Virus record (IMG/VR): IMGVR_UViG_3300028887_000067 | Span: 128,001-192,000 of that record | Direction: 5' to 3' (one strand) | DNA length: 64,000 nucleotides | Source of the DNA: a virus | Lineage: Duplodnaviria; Caudoviricetes | Shown: in pieces, positions 29,472 through 40,054 of the stretch | How positions within the stretch are numbered: position 1 is the stretch's first letter | How the letters are laid out: each line of letters begins with the position of its first letter | Notes under the pieces: model-generated | The model's database searches: none | What the model saw: only the letters and a program-made list of their open reading frames with translations | What the model was told of the DNA's origin: nothing | Program-made: the position numbers and the translations under genes

Positions 29472-29491
29472 TTCGCCCCCCAAAAAATGAG

Positions 29492-29523
29492 AAACTCCGT
29501 GTGATTTGCACACGGAGTTTTTT
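29492..29523. terminator. Terminator between convergent genes
   Basis: AAACTCCGTGTG-ATTTG-CACACGGAGTTTTTT. Confidence 0.85.
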
Positions 29524-29536
29524 AATTGTATATTTC

Positions 29537-29881
29537 TTAGTGCTTGCCGCAGTTGCAGCCTTTATTCACCATGCCGTAAGTCTTCCTGACGACGCTGCTC
29601 GCTTTGTAGACGATTTTCATCGCGGCCAGCTTGAACTTCTCGGGCAACGCCCACATGTAGTCCTTGACCTCGGGGAAGTCCTTCACCAGAGCCTCTATCG
29701 CGTCGGAACCGGTGTGGGTCTTTCCGTCGGCGCCGATGTACGAAAAGTCAGACGCCCCCTTGGGAGCGGACAAGTACTCGGCTCGGTCGCCTATCTTGCG
29801 CTGTATAAGCCTCTTGTACTGGGTGCATATGGGGCACCCGTTGTCATAGAAGAATCTAGGCTTTACAGGGACCAGTTCCAT
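29537..29881 (-). CDS. DCC1/DUF393-like thiol-disulfide oxidoreductase
   Basis: FFYDNGCPIC motif and G.THTGSDAI; coupled to the upstream stop (TAATG). Confidence 0.75.
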   Translation of the reverse strand: MELVPVKPRFFYDNGCPICTQYKRLIQRKIGDRAEYLSAPKGASDFSYIGADGKTHTGSDAIEALVKDFPEVKDYMWALPEKFKLAAMKIVYKASSVVRKTYGMVNKGCNCGKH

Positions 29882-30795
29882 TACCACGCCCCGAAACTGA
29901 TGGAACCGGCAGACTGTTTGGTCTCCACCGACCCGTCGTCGTTCACCTTCGTGGTCTTCGGCGTGCCGTAGGTATAGGTCTTCATCGGACCGCAGATTTC
30001 GTCAAGCATTTCCTTGAGGTCGCCATAGTCGCAGAACTCGCCTTCCTTGCAGTTCTCGGCGCCGTACAGGCGCTTGTCCTTCATCATCCCGTTAGTCCGG
30101 TCGGCGGCATCCTTCATCGGGGTCTCGTCGACGGACGAGTCGGTCAGGCTTTCCATCTGGGCGTCGTTGAACGCCATGAGTTGGAGGATTTTGTTGAGGT
30201 CAATACCTTCAATGGGTTCGATTTCGTCCTGGTTGAACTGGAACTCAGGCCAGCAACCGTTGGAACCCTCGCAGTACTCGTCCATGTTGTTGGTTGGCTT
30301 CGCGGCGGTGATGACCGGGCCGTCGGAGCTCTTGACGATGAGGATGACGGGGAACGCGTTGGTACGCGACTTGATGCAGTCGCCCGGATGGTATTGGAAC
30401 TCGCAGTCGGGGTCGCCGTCGATACAGCAGCTCTCGCGCAGACCCTTCTTCAGGGATTTCGCCACGCTGAGCCCGCCGAGACCCTTCGCGAGGATACTTT
30501 CGACCGTGCTCTCGTCAATCTCTTCCTCGGGGTCGTTCTCGAAGATGGGACGCTTGGCCTTGCGCTTTCCAGTGATGTTTCCGGAGCTGCCCGCAACGCC
30601 GGCGTCGGCAGTGCCGTCCACCTTGACAATGGTCGTTTCGTTGCCCTTCTCGTAGGGACGCGAATCCATCTCGCCATCGATTACGAGTGCGCCCTGGTCG
30701 GCGTCGTCGGCGTCGTCCTTTTCCTTGCTAAAGTCGAGCGCCTCCATTGCCACTACCTGGGTGAGCGCCTTCAAATCGTCGAGCTCTCTGAACAT
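29881..30795 (-). CDS. Acidic hypothetical protein, putative internal head or scaffold protein
   Basis: 304 aa; GAGGA RBS; upstream TATAAACTG; several hydrophobic-x-E motifs. Confidence 0.7.
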   Translation of the reverse strand: MFRELDDLKALTQVVAMEALDFSKEKDDADDADQGALVIDGEMDSRPYEKGNETTIVKVDGTADAGVAGSSGNITGKRKAKRPIFENDPEEEIDESTVESILAKGLGGLSVAKSLKKGLRESCCIDGDPDCEFQYHPGDCIKSRTNAFPVILIVKSSDGPVITAAKPTNNMDEYCEGSNGCWPEFQFNQDEIEPIEGIDLNKILQLMAFNDAQMESLTDSSVDETPMKDAADRTNGMMKDKRLYGAENCKEGEFCDYGDLKEMLDEICGPMKTYTYGTPKTTKVNDDGSVETKQSAGSISFGAW

Positions 30796-30826
30796 CTGTA
30801 CGTATCCTCGTGTGCTTAACCGCAGT

Positions 30827-32515
30827 TTATACCGGTTGGGGATTTCTTTCCGGCCTCAGACGCATATCGGGAAGCTCGTAGGCGGCGCCCTGGTTGTACT
30901 GGATCCTCGATATGCCATTCTGTTCCTCGACGGCATCTTTGTCCCTTACGAACTCGATGGCGGCGTCCTCGGCACCCTTGTGCCCGGACATCGAGGTGAA
31001 CATTAGCTCGAGTCCCGTGAGGAACGGGAGCTCGACCTGGTTGCCCTGGAACCAAGTGGATGCCGCGTGATAGATGAGCCAATAAAGTGCCGTCACGTGG
31101 TCGTCATGGTTTCCTCCACCGCCACCCCAGTGCTTCTTCGTGGTCTCGGTGAATGACATCAGTTCCTGTATGGTGGACTCGTCGTGGAGTTTCACGTAGA
31201 ATCGCTGTACATACAGCTTCAGGAGCATGACGGCCGTCTGCTTCAGCGTGTCCCCGGACCAGAGGCCACGGAACTTGTTGTCGTAGTTCACCAGGTGTTC
31301 ATACTGCAGGTTCTCGAAGAAACGGTTGTACATCAGTGCGCCCGGACCGTTGTACTCGATGGTCAGGTCGGGGTCGTAGTAACCGTGGAGGACCATGTTC
31401 GCTATCATCGCGAAATCCTCGATGGTCGCCTCGTTCGACGACAGAACGCATACCTGTTCTAGGTCTGTACTGCTCCTTGCGAGAAGAATCTGGAGAACGT
31501 GGTAGTCCTGACGGATGCCGTAACCTGTGTCTATCGAGGCGATGTACACCCAGTTGTTGACTTCCAGCTTCTGTTTCGACATTGGCTCTTGGAATATTCG
31601 CAAGCTGTACATCTTGTCGAGGCCCCTCACGAGCTTCGGCTTTGACGGAGTAAGCTCCTGTAGAATCTTGTAGTCGATGAGCGTAATTGCGGAACCGATG
31701 AACTCGCATTCGTATTCCTGCCTGAATTTCTGTTCGCCGATACGCGCCATTTCATCGATGCCCCACTGCTCGGTACGGCCAGGAACTTCTTTCCATTTCA
31801 CCGTAGAGCGCACGTATTTTGACATCAAGTCGTGATAGGACGCTTTGTCTTCGTCAACCCCGTCTTCCCACATTTGGTAGAATTTATTAAGGCCACACGG
31901 GGTACTTGTAATTATCACGCGGGTCTTCTTACCGGCCGAAATAGCTGGGAACACGGACGCGCAGAATTCTTCCGCCATGCCGGAGCGCAAGAACGCGAAC
32001 TCGTCCAAATACAGCAAGTTCGGCGAGAAACCACGAATGCCGTCAGGAGAACTGGCAGCCACGAGGATACGAGTATTGTTCGAAAACTGAATACTCATTT
32101 TGTTCCATAACTTTACGCCGGGTTGTAACCAGTATGGCAAGGCTACATAGGAATCGCGCAGAAGTTGCAGCTGTTCCTTCGCGAGCGAAAGTTTGTTTGC
32201 GAGCATGGCGACAAGCTGATCCTTATGGAACATCGCGTGCCACAGAATGAATCCTCGAACGATTGTTGATTTACCGACCTGTCGTGACCAGCGGTTGATA
32301 TTGAATCGATACTTCAAGAATCGCTTGATGGCTGCATCCTGGAACGGCCACGTCTTGAACAGCTGCATTCCATCGTCCTTCGTGTTGATGTACATGTAGG
32401 TATTGATGAAGTACAGCGGGTCCTGTGCGCACCGCTTTATCTCGGCAAGTTGCCATGGCTTGAGCTTGACGCTTTCCTTGGCGTCTCTCAGGTTGGTTAT
32501 GCCGTTGAATGACAT
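30827..32515 (-). CDS. Terminase large subunit (T4 gp17-like)
   Basis: SRQVGKS Walker A, LYLDEFAF Walker B, ITSTPCG, FRQEYECEF, nuclease motifs IDTGYG..D and HDDHV. Confidence 0.97.
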   Translation of the reverse strand: MSFNGITNLRDAKESVKLKPWQLAEIKRCAQDPLYFINTYMYINTKDDGMQLFKTWPFQDAAIKRFLKYRFNINRWSRQVGKSTIVRGFILWHAMFHKDQLVAMLANKLSLAKEQLQLLRDSYVALPYWLQPGVKLWNKMSIQFSNNTRILVAASSPDGIRGFSPNLLYLDEFAFLRSGMAEEFCASVFPAISAGKKTRVIITSTPCGLNKFYQMWEDGVDEDKASYHDLMSKYVRSTVKWKEVPGRTEQWGIDEMARIGEQKFRQEYECEFIGSAITLIDYKILQELTPSKPKLVRGLDKMYSLRIFQEPMSKQKLEVNNWVYIASIDTGYGIRQDYHVLQILLARSSTDLEQVCVLSSNEATIEDFAMIANMVLHGYYDPDLTIEYNGPGALMYNRFFENLQYEHLVNYDNKFRGLWSGDTLKQTAVMLLKLYVQRFYVKLHDESTIQELMSFTETTKKHWGGGGGNHDDHVTALYWLIYHAASTWFQGNQVELPFLTGLELMFTSMSGHKGAEDAAIEFVRDKDAVEEQNGISRIQYNQGAAYELPDMRLRPERNPQPV

Positions 32516-32562
32516 TCAAATCTCTTTTAACTATAATTCCATCTAGCTAGTTTATAAGGTTG

Positions 32563-33654
32563 ATGGTTATGGCCGATTTTTGCGTAGTTACGGCATTTTT
32601 CGACAACAATAACCAGTTCCGCGAACGGAACTTACTGTCAGTTGTTGACTATTACGTGCATTATTTACCCGAGTGCGAAATTGTGATTGCGGAACAGTAT
32701 CCGTCGGGTTTCGCCGAGAAGGTCGCTTCCTCCTATCCGGACCGAGTCAAATTGGTCGGGATGGACAGTATGCGGCACGATCCCGACCGCAAAGGGATTT
32801 TCTGCAAGTCGGAGTTGCTCAACGAGGCCATCAGATCCAGCGACTGCGCATACTGCGTGATGGGCGATGCCGACGCGTTGCTTACCGAAAAATGTTTCGC
32901 CTCGTTGAGAGAGGCCAAGTCGGCGCTGGACTCGGGCCGAGCCTCCATCGTCTATCCGTTCGACGACGTAATCTACATGAACGAGGCTGACACCAGACGC
33001 ATACTGGAAGAGAAGCCGATGCTTCCGGGAGAGAAGGACCACGGGGTCGACATATTCAGGCAGACCGGCCTATGCAACGTGTTCACTAGGGACGCGTGGG
33101 AACGGGTCGGTGGATTCGACGAGGACTTTGTCGGCTGGGGCGCGGAGGATGACGCCTTCCTCTGCAAGTGCAGGCGTATAGTCGGCCCGCCGCTCAGGCT
33201 CGACGGCACGATATACCATATGTTCCACCCGAAGGTGGATACGGAATCCTACAGGAAATCGGCCGGCTACATAGCCAACCGCAAGCGTTGCGCCTGCATA
33301 CGGCGCATGTCCGACGACGACCTGTCGAGATATTGCAGGGGGGAGGCCTCCCTGGAAAGCCTCGTGACGAAGTACGCGGGCGCCGACCGTCTCGAGGTCG
33401 AACTGAAGTGGCAATGTTCTCCGTCCCTCACCCTTGAAATCGACACTACCATCTACGACGTCGACCGGTCCGGCGAAATGAGTTTCACCAAGCTCCTTGA
33501 CGCCGTCGCAGCCGAGGACGGCAGGGAAAACGTTCCGAAATGGGTAAGGGAGTACATAGGGATAGTGCCCGGCGAATCGGGGCCGTTCCTTGACGGCTTG
33601 CTTCCGGAACAGGTCAGGGAAATCGAGGAGTACGTCAGCCGATGCAGTTCGTAA
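32563..33654 (+). CDS. GT-A glycosyltransferase (GT2/GT7-like)
   Basis: RERNL, IVIAEQ, FCKSELLN, DAD motif, VGGFDEDFVGWGAEDD, YHMFHP. Confidence 0.9.
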   Translation: MVMADFCVVTAFFDNNNQFRERNLLSVVDYYVHYLPECEIVIAEQYPSGFAEKVASSYPDRVKLVGMDSMRHDPDRKGIFCKSELLNEAIRSSDCAYCVMGDADALLTEKCFASLREAKSALDSGRASIVYPFDDVIYMNEADTRRILEEKPMLPGEKDHGVDIFRQTGLCNVFTRDAWERVGGFDEDFVGWGAEDDAFLCKCRRIVGPPLRLDGTIYHMFHPKVDTESYRKSAGYIANRKRCACIRRMSDDDLSRYCRGEASLESLVTKYAGADRLEVELKWQCSPSLTLEIDTTIYDVDRSGEMSFTKLLDAVAAEDGRENVPKWVREYIGIVPGESGPFLDGLLPEQVREIEEYVSRCSS

Positions 33655-34340
33655 AGGACATATCGACCGAGCCTGGGTACTCGAAGTTCAACCATTTGGC
33701 CGTCCAGGTGGCGATGGCGCGTCCTGACACGAGGTACGCGTGCCCCGAGAACCCGGCCGTCGCCGTATGGCAGCTCGGGGACGGGATGGCGGTTGTCGAC
33801 CGGCGTTTCGTGCGCCCGGTGGTCATCGTCCATGACTGGTACCCGCACTACGCGAAGTATCTGGATAAGGCAGGGAGGATAGTTTTCCTCGGCAATTTCG
33901 ACCATCCCGCATACCCGACCGCGAAGACGCTGGCCAGTTACCCGTTCGAGCCGGAACCGCGGATCCCGAGCGACGGTACCGAAGTGCTGGTCGAGGGGGT
34001 GTACGACGGGTCGTGCGAGGATTGGGTGCTCGGCGAGTGCGAGGGAAAACGGGTGAGGTTCGCGTGCTTTGGAAACGACGACCCCGATTGCGACGACGCG
34101 CAGGGTCGCCTGCTCGCCCGTATACGCGAGGTAGCCTCTTCAGTAGTGGAGAGCCGGAGGCCTAACGAACTGATGCTGTTGACCTACATGAGGTCGGCCG
34201 ACAGGGTTATCCACTGCGGGTCGGGAAGGAGGGGGTTCCTCCATTCTGCGGCGGTGTCCTACGGCGGACATTCCCAAACGCGTGACGACGGATTCACGGT
34301 TTCGACAATTTCGGACCTAGTGGCTTTACTACCGGCCTGA
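33642..34340 (+). CDS. Hypothetical protein, possibly a degenerate GT-B partner
   Basis: Overlaps the GT gene; VVIVHD motif and Rossmann-like alternation. Confidence 0.5.
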   Translation: MQFVKDISTEPGYSKFNHLAVQVAMARPDTRYACPENPAVAVWQLGDGMAVVDRRFVRPVVIVHDWYPHYAKYLDKAGRIVFLGNFDHPAYPTAKTLASYPFEPEPRIPSDGTEVLVEGVYDGSCEDWVLGECEGKRVRFACFGNDDPDCDDAQGRLLARIREVASSVVESRRPNELMLLTYMRSADRVIHCGSGRRGFLHSAAVSYGGHSQTRDDGFTVSTISDLVALLPA

Positions 34341-34380
34341 ATCTGCTATAATTCGTTCAAATTTTGAGGTGTATATCGAA

Positions 34381-34569
34381 ATGAATAAATTCCATTCTAA
34401 AGTGATTTTCTGGGGAAAATGTGTCCTTTTTGGCCTTTTCGCGTTCAACCTTGTCAGAGTCTGCATACGCACTTGGAAGTACGGCGGTGTCAAGACTAAC
34501 GTGCAGGTGAACTATGACGGGGACGATGATCTGAACCCGGTCGACAGCATGAACAACGGAGGGATGTAA
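34381..34569 (+). CDS. Small membrane protein
   Basis: GAGGTG RBS; hydrophobic CVLFGLFAFNLV; coupled (TAATG) to the AAA ATPase. Confidence 0.6.
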   Translation: MNKFHSKVIFWGKCVLFGLFAFNLVRVCIRTWKYGGVKTNVQVNYDGDDDLNPVDSMNNGGM

Positions 34570-36218
34570 TGGCGGAAGGCGTAGAGACCGACATCTGGGT
34601 CGAGGGTGGCGAGAAGAAGGAATCGGGCATCGGCTCGAAGATTATCCGCAACCTCGGCGACATGCTCCTGCACATCAGTATCGACACCGATCTCTGGGTA
34701 GGCCGGAGCGCCAAGGAGAAACTTAACTACCTGAAGAACCAGGTCATAGGCGGGGCCAACGGGTCGAAGGTGATCGACGTCGGCGCACAACTTGCGGAAA
34801 GCTTGATACAAACGGTGAAGGCTTCCACGACTAACGCCGTGGTGCGCAAGTACGCGGACCTCGCGGAAACGGCGCTTAACCTCGGCAAGGCGAGCATGGT
34901 CATCAATAACCTTTTCGTCGCGCAGAAGTACGAGGTGCAGACTAGCTTTGACGAGCTCGCCAAGTTTATGGGCTACAAGAACGGCAAGTCCATCCACGTG
35001 AAGCAGATAAACGCGACGGCGGACATCTGCAGGTCGCTGATAGAGATGTCGGAGAAGATCCAGAACGAGTACGGGCTGAAGGTGGTGAAGGTGTTCACTC
35101 CGCGCACGGACACCCCGGCTAACGTCAACTCGAAGTTCGTGTGTACATATATGCAGGTTAAGTACAAGGGGTCGACTATCGGTCTCGAGATCAACTACAT
35201 GCAGAAGAAAACTGCCACGGACGCCACCACGAGCTCGGAGTTCAGCTACATCAATATCGGCATATCCAACAGCGAGCTCTACGCTTCTGATGTGGAGGAC
35301 GATGACGATTTGGACTACGACATACTCGGGGACATCGAGAACATAATCTATTCCGTGTATATCAAGACAATCGACATTTCGAGGCGCATCATCAAGATCG
35401 ACGGCTCCGCAATCCACACGGTGAAGCGCGAGAACATCAACTTCGATATCAAGAACATTGACATCGACACGATGGCGAAGACCTGCCGCTCGGTACTCAA
35501 CAATCACCGCCGTCGCGGCTACATCCTGCAGGGCGACCCAGGTACGGGAAAGACCGTGTCGATCCACAAGCTACTGATGCAGTTTACCGACGTACCCGTG
35601 TTCTGGATTTCTTCCGACGCCATCTGCGACACGAAGAAGATGAGGTCCGTCTTCAGGATCCTGAATATGTTCCCCGGAAGCATCTTCGTCTTTGACGACA
35701 TCGACGGAAACGACTTCAGCGTGAAGACGAACCTTACCACGACCTTCATCACCTGCATCGACGAGACCAATACTAAGAAGTTCAGCGGAATCATCATAAT
35801 GACGATTAACGAGCCGCAGAGGGTCCACCCGACCATTAAGACGAGGAACGGCCGCATCGACGAGGTTATCCATGTCCACAACCCGAACACCACGGAGCAG
35901 GTTCTGGATGTCATAACCCAGCGCTACAAGCACCTGGGTTCCGAGCGTCCGGACTGGATGAACGAGAAGAACGAGGAGTTCGTAGCCGGGATGGAGAAGA
36001 TTGTCCAGTCGAATTTCACCCATGCCCACATCGCCGGTATAGTCAGCGACCTCGTGGACTTGTACAGCGATGACGGGTACGGGTGCAAGGACTTCCTCTC
36101 CCTGATCGACCGGCGTATCGAGAGTATCGCCAACGCCTCGATGGTCGCTAACGAGTCGGGTCACATTTCCGCCCCGTCGACCTTCAATATGCAGGTATCG
36201 AATACCAATAATGGCTAA
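34569..36218 (+). CDS. AAA+ ATPase (classic clade) with a long N-terminal domain
   Basis: GDPGTGKT Walker A, FVFDDID Walker B, TINEP sensor 1, RNGRID arginine finger. Confidence 0.88.
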   Translation: MAEGVETDIWVEGGEKKESGIGSKIIRNLGDMLLHISIDTDLWVGRSAKEKLNYLKNQVIGGANGSKVIDVGAQLAESLIQTVKASTTNAVVRKYADLAETALNLGKASMVINNLFVAQKYEVQTSFDELAKFMGYKNGKSIHVKQINATADICRSLIEMSEKIQNEYGLKVVKVFTPRTDTPANVNSKFVCTYMQVKYKGSTIGLEINYMQKKTATDATTSSEFSYINIGISNSELYASDVEDDDDLDYDILGDIENIIYSVYIKTIDISRRIIKIDGSAIHTVKRENINFDIKNIDIDTMAKTCRSVLNNHRRRGYILQGDPGTGKTVSIHKLLMQFTDVPVFWISSDAICDTKKMRSVFRILNMFPGSIFVFDDIDGNDFSVKTNLTTTFITCIDETNTKKFSGIIIMTINEPQRVHPTIKTRNGRIDEVIHVHNPNTTEQVLDVITQRYKHLGSERPDWMNEKNEEFVAGMEKIVQSNFTHAHIAGIVSDLVDLYSDDGYGCKDFLSLIDRRIESIANASMVANESGHISAPSTFNMQVSNTNNG

Positions 36219-36266
36219 AAACTACATATGGTGGTCGGGACGCTCCCGACCACCTATATGTTGTGG
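36219..36266 (+). promoter_or_regulatory. Tandem NrdR boxes upstream of nrdD
   Basis: AAACTACATATGGTGG (36219) and CACCTATATGTTGTGG (36251), 32 bp apart, fit acaCwAtATaTwGtgt. Confidence 0.75.
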
Positions 36267-36370
36267 TTTTGTAACAATTTCTGTACAGTTTATCAACACT
36301 CGCGGAGGCCCGCTCTGATAAACGTACCACTGCCGAATGAGGTAATTTAATATAAAACCGAGAGGAATTA

Positions 36371-38926
36371 ATGCTTACTCATGTCATCAAGCGCGACCGG
36401 AAACGACGCAGAAAATTCGAACCGAAGCATATTTACGACGCAATAGAAGCAGCATTCAAGGATTGTAAGGCCCCATATACCGATGACGCACTGGACTCGC
36501 TAGTCAGCGAGGTGGTCGACAAGATTTCGGCCAACGGAGCGAAATCCGTGTATGTTGAGGTCATCCAGGACACCATCGAAAACGTGCTCATGGACAACGG
36601 TTACAACGCCACCGCCAAGGCATACATCACCTACAGAAAGGAACGAGACCGCGAACGGGAACTCAAGAGCGAGATCAATACGACGGTGAGGGAAATCATC
36701 GACGCGGACCTCAAGACTAGCTCCCTCCTCCGTGACAACGGAAACGTCAACGGAGCTCTCGTCGCCTCCTCCATGGCGAAGGCCGGCGGCGAGACGATGA
36801 AGATGTACAACTTGCTCAATATGCGACCGGAACTGGCCAGGGCCCACAAGCAGGGCGACATCCACATCCATGACCTCGACTACTATTCCCTTACGGTCAA
36901 CTGTTTCTTCATCCCGCTCGCCAAGCTCCTCGCCGACGGGTTCGACACGGGTAACGGCTGGGTCCGTCCAGCGAACTCCATCGAGACCGCCTGCGCCATC
37001 GGCGCAATCGTCCTCCAGACTTCGCAGAACGCGTTCTTCGGCGGGCAGGCGTTCGCCAACTTCGACTTCGAATTGGCGCCGTACGTCGACCGAAGCTTCC
37101 AGAAGAACCTCAAGCGGGTTATCCGCAACGCTATCGTGACGGTCTCCGCTCTCGGAGCCGGCAACAAGGCCGACTACGACGCTCTTATGAAGATCCGCGA
37201 GAAGTACGACCTCCGTATTATCAAGGACGTGAACACGACCGACCTGAAGAAATTCGTTGAATCGTGGTCGGGCGAGCTTGACGACTACGACTGCGGCAGG
37301 GAACCGCTCCCGCCGCTCCCGTACGACGAGTTTGACCGCGAATACGTTTTGCCGCTCGGCGACGGGACGTCGTGGAAGGTTCCGAAGCAGTTGGTCGACG
37401 AGGCCGATACCGATACCGTAAGGAACACTTTCCAGGGACTCGAATCTTTCGTCCATAACGTCAACAGTCTTTTCTCCCGCTCCGGAAACCAGCTGCCGTT
37501 CAGTTCCGTCAACTTCGGCCTGGACACGTCGAGGAGCGGACGTCTTGTTTCGTTCGCGCTCCTCCACGCTACTGAGGAGGGCATCGGCAATGGCGCCACG
37601 GCCATATTCCCCATTTCAATCTGCAAGGAGATGGCTGGCTACACGATCAACGAGGGTGACCCGAACTACGACATCTGGGAGAAGTCCTGCGAGGTTCTCG
37701 CCAAGCGATTCTATCCCAACTTCGTCAATGTCGACGCCCCGTACAACAAGGTGTATGTGAAGTACGAGACGCAAACCGTGGACTACGACGATAAGAACGT
37801 AGTGGACAATCGTGGGCAGAAGCTCTACAGGGTCTCGCGAGGCGTGTTCTGGGAACTGGTCAGTGTCGATGGCGACAAGGCCAAGCTGCGCAAGCTCCGT
37901 CCTGAAACCACGATCGCCACCATGGGATGCCGTACCCGTTCCATCGGAAATGTCAATGGCGAATCCGTGACGACCGGAAAGGGCAACCTCTGGTTCACGA
38001 CCATCAACCTGCCGGCGATTGCCGTGCGTGCCTCTATGACGGACACCCCGATCGACTCGTTCTGGAATGAGCTCGACGAGAAGCTGGCAATGTGTCGTCA
38101 GTGCATGGAAGACCGCTTCAAGCAGATCAGGAACCGCACCTACGCGAACCTCTACTTCCCTATGAAGAATGGTCTCTATATGGGCTCCGACAAGAACGCG
38201 CCGGTCAGTACGACTATCGAGAAGGCTATCAAGAACGGCTCCAGCGCGATTGGCTACATCGGCATCTACGAGGTGTGCCTTACCCTGCTCGGCAAGGTGT
38301 TCGGCGTCGACGAGGAGGCCACCAAGTTCGGCTACTCCATCGTCAAGCACATTCGCGACTATACCGACGCCGTGCAGAAGGAAACCCACATGAACTGGAC
38401 AACCTTCGCCACGCCGGCGGAAAACGTGTGCGGGCGCTTCGCGCAGATCGACGCCAAGCGATTCGGTTCCAACAAGAAGTTGCACGTCCCGGCGGAAGAG
38501 CTGTGGGGCAAGGGTTACTACACCAATTCCCATATGATGCCGTTCGACGTGAAGACGACCCTTGACCACAAGCTCGAGGTCGAGGCCCCGTTCCACGCGC
38601 TTACCAATGGTGGCCACATCTTCTACTACAAGATTGATGGCGACCCTCGTCAGAACATCGAGGCGGTGAAGAAGGCCATCCGTGCGATGTACGACGCCGG
38701 AATCGGCTATGGCACCTTGTCCATGGACCAGGACACTTGCCGTGAGTGCGGCTATGTTGGCATCATCGGAAACGAGTGCCCGCACTGCCACACGAAGGAC
38801 AACGGCCACAACATCCTCCGTATCAGGCGAATCACCGGCTACCTTGTCGGCCGTTCATCCCAGTCCATCGAGGAGTCGTGGGGCGACGGCAAGCTCTGCG
38901 AGCTGAAGCGTCGGGTGAACATCTGA
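36371..38926 (+). CDS. nrdD: Anaerobic class III ribonucleotide reductase with an N-terminal ATP cone
   Basis: VIKRD ATP cone, IHIHDLD, NC, TMGCRT, TPAE, YYTNS, CxxC..CxxC, RRITGYL glycyl-radical loop. Confidence 0.97.
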   Translation: MLTHVIKRDRKRRRKFEPKHIYDAIEAAFKDCKAPYTDDALDSLVSEVVDKISANGAKSVYVEVIQDTIENVLMDNGYNATAKAYITYRKERDRERELKSEINTTVREIIDADLKTSSLLRDNGNVNGALVASSMAKAGGETMKMYNLLNMRPELARAHKQGDIHIHDLDYYSLTVNCFFIPLAKLLADGFDTGNGWVRPANSIETACAIGAIVLQTSQNAFFGGQAFANFDFELAPYVDRSFQKNLKRVIRNAIVTVSALGAGNKADYDALMKIREKYDLRIIKDVNTTDLKKFVESWSGELDDYDCGREPLPPLPYDEFDREYVLPLGDGTSWKVPKQLVDEADTDTVRNTFQGLESFVHNVNSLFSRSGNQLPFSSVNFGLDTSRSGRLVSFALLHATEEGIGNGATAIFPISICKEMAGYTINEGDPNYDIWEKSCEVLAKRFYPNFVNVDAPYNKVYVKYETQTVDYDDKNVVDNRGQKLYRVSRGVFWELVSVDGDKAKLRKLRPETTIATMGCRTRSIGNVNGESVTTGKGNLWFTTINLPAIAVRASMTDTPIDSFWNELDEKLAMCRQCMEDRFKQIRNRTYANLYFPMKNGLYMGSDKNAPVSTTIEKAIKNGSSAIGYIGIYEVCLTLLGKVFGVDEEATKFGYSIVKHIRDYTDAVQKETHMNWTTFATPAENVCGRFAQIDAKRFGSNKKLHVPAEELWGKGYYTNSHMMPFDVKTTLDHKLEVEAPFHALTNGGHIFYYKIDGDPRQNIEAVKKAIRAMYDAGIGYGTLSMDQDTCRECGYVGIIGNECPHCHTKDNGHNILRIRRITGYLVGRSSQSIEESWGDGKLCELKRRVNI

Positions 38927-39435
38927 TGCGCTACGGCAAGATAGAGTACGACAGCGTTGTCGACGGGGACGGGTTTCGCGTGTCCCTCTTCGTCAGCGGC
39001 TGTCGTAACCATTGTCCAGGATGCTTCAACAGGGAAACCTGGGATTTCTCGTATGGTGACGAGTTCACCCAGGTGGAAGAGAACGAGGTCATTGAGGCCT
39101 GCAAAAGGTCTCACGTCAGCGGTCTCACGGTACTCGGGGGCGAGCCGTTCGAGCCGGAGAACCAGACGGCCCTGCTCGACTTTCTTGCCCGCTTCAAGAA
39201 GGAATGCCCGGACAGGACGCTGTGGATGTTCACTGGATACGTCCTCGACAGGGATTTGCTGGAAGGCCAGCGCAAGTACGTGGATGGCGTGACTTACCCG
39301 ATTTTGAGACTCGTCGACGTGCTCGTTGACGGGCCTTTTATTCAGGAGCAGAGGGATGTGACGCTCCGTTTCCGGGGAAGTGCGAATCAGCGTATCCTGA
39401 CTGCCGACCAGATATTGTCGAGCCTGTCCCGTTAA
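38926..39435 (+). CDS. nrdG: Anaerobic RNR activase (radical SAM)
   Basis: VDGDGFRVSLFVSGCRNHCPGCFN, GGEPF, VLVDGPF, FRGSANQR; TGATG overlap with nrdD. Confidence 0.96.
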   Translation: MRYGKIEYDSVVDGDGFRVSLFVSGCRNHCPGCFNRETWDFSYGDEFTQVEENEVIEACKRSHVSGLTVLGGEPFEPENQTALLDFLARFKKECPDRTLWMFTGYVLDRDLLEGQRKYVDGVTYPILRLVDVLVDGPFIQEQRDVTLRFRGSANQRILTADQILSSLSR

Positions 39436-39481
39436 AATACGATCGTTTCTTTATTTTTGCATAAAATCTTTAATCTTGCTA

Positions 39482-39510
39482 TTGACAATCGTGTCCTCTT
39501 TACTTATATT
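39482..39510 (+). promoter_or_regulatory. Early (host sigma70) promoter
   Basis: TTGACA-N17-TATATT. Confidence 0.8.
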
Positions 39511-39544
39511 AAGTGTACAAACACCTAACAAAGAGGACACAACT

Positions 39545-40030
39545 ATGGAAAAAGTTTCTCGTAAGAGATGGAACTCCACCGAAATCAAGCTTGCTCTCGC
39601 TGGAAAGCCGGTTCCCGGCCGTACGCGTAGCGCTATCAACACCTTGCGCAGCAAGTTCGGAAAGCGTACCAAGAACCCGTGGACGGATGACGAGATCAAG
39701 CTCGTTATGGCCGGTGGGTTCCCTAAGGGACGCACTGCCAGCGCCGTCTACCAAGCCCGTCACAAGCTGAAGGTTCCCGTCGCGCTTGACCGTCGCATCG
39801 ACCCCAAGCATCCGAACCAGCTCGAGCTTGACCTTCCCGCAGTGCGCAGGAACGCACCGCAACATCACTACGAGTCCGTGGCGAAGCTTCTCAAGCCTAT
39901 CTATACCATGTTTAACGCCGGTATGAATGTCGATGAAATCGCCAAGGAAATCGGACAAAGCAAGGAATTCGTCTCCCGCGCAATCGACCTGAAGAAGGAG
40001 TTTGCGCAGAACGGCAAGCCCGAAAAGTAA
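39545..40030 (+). CDS. DNA-binding protein: two Myb/SANT-like W..E..RT.SA repeats plus a C-terminal HTH
   Basis: WNSTEIKL..GRTRSAI and WTDDEIKL..GRTASAV; GMNVDEIAKEIGQSKEFVSR; GAGGA RBS. Confidence 0.7.
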   Translation: MEKVSRKRWNSTEIKLALAGKPVPGRTRSAINTLRSKFGKRTKNPWTDDEIKLVMAGGFPKGRTASAVYQARHKLKVPVALDRRIDPKHPNQLELDLPAVRRNAPQHHYESVAKLLKPIYTMFNAGMNVDEIAKEIGQSKEFVSRAIDLKKEFAQNGKPEK

Positions 40031-40054
40031 GAAGTCTCATTCGCGCAAAAACGG

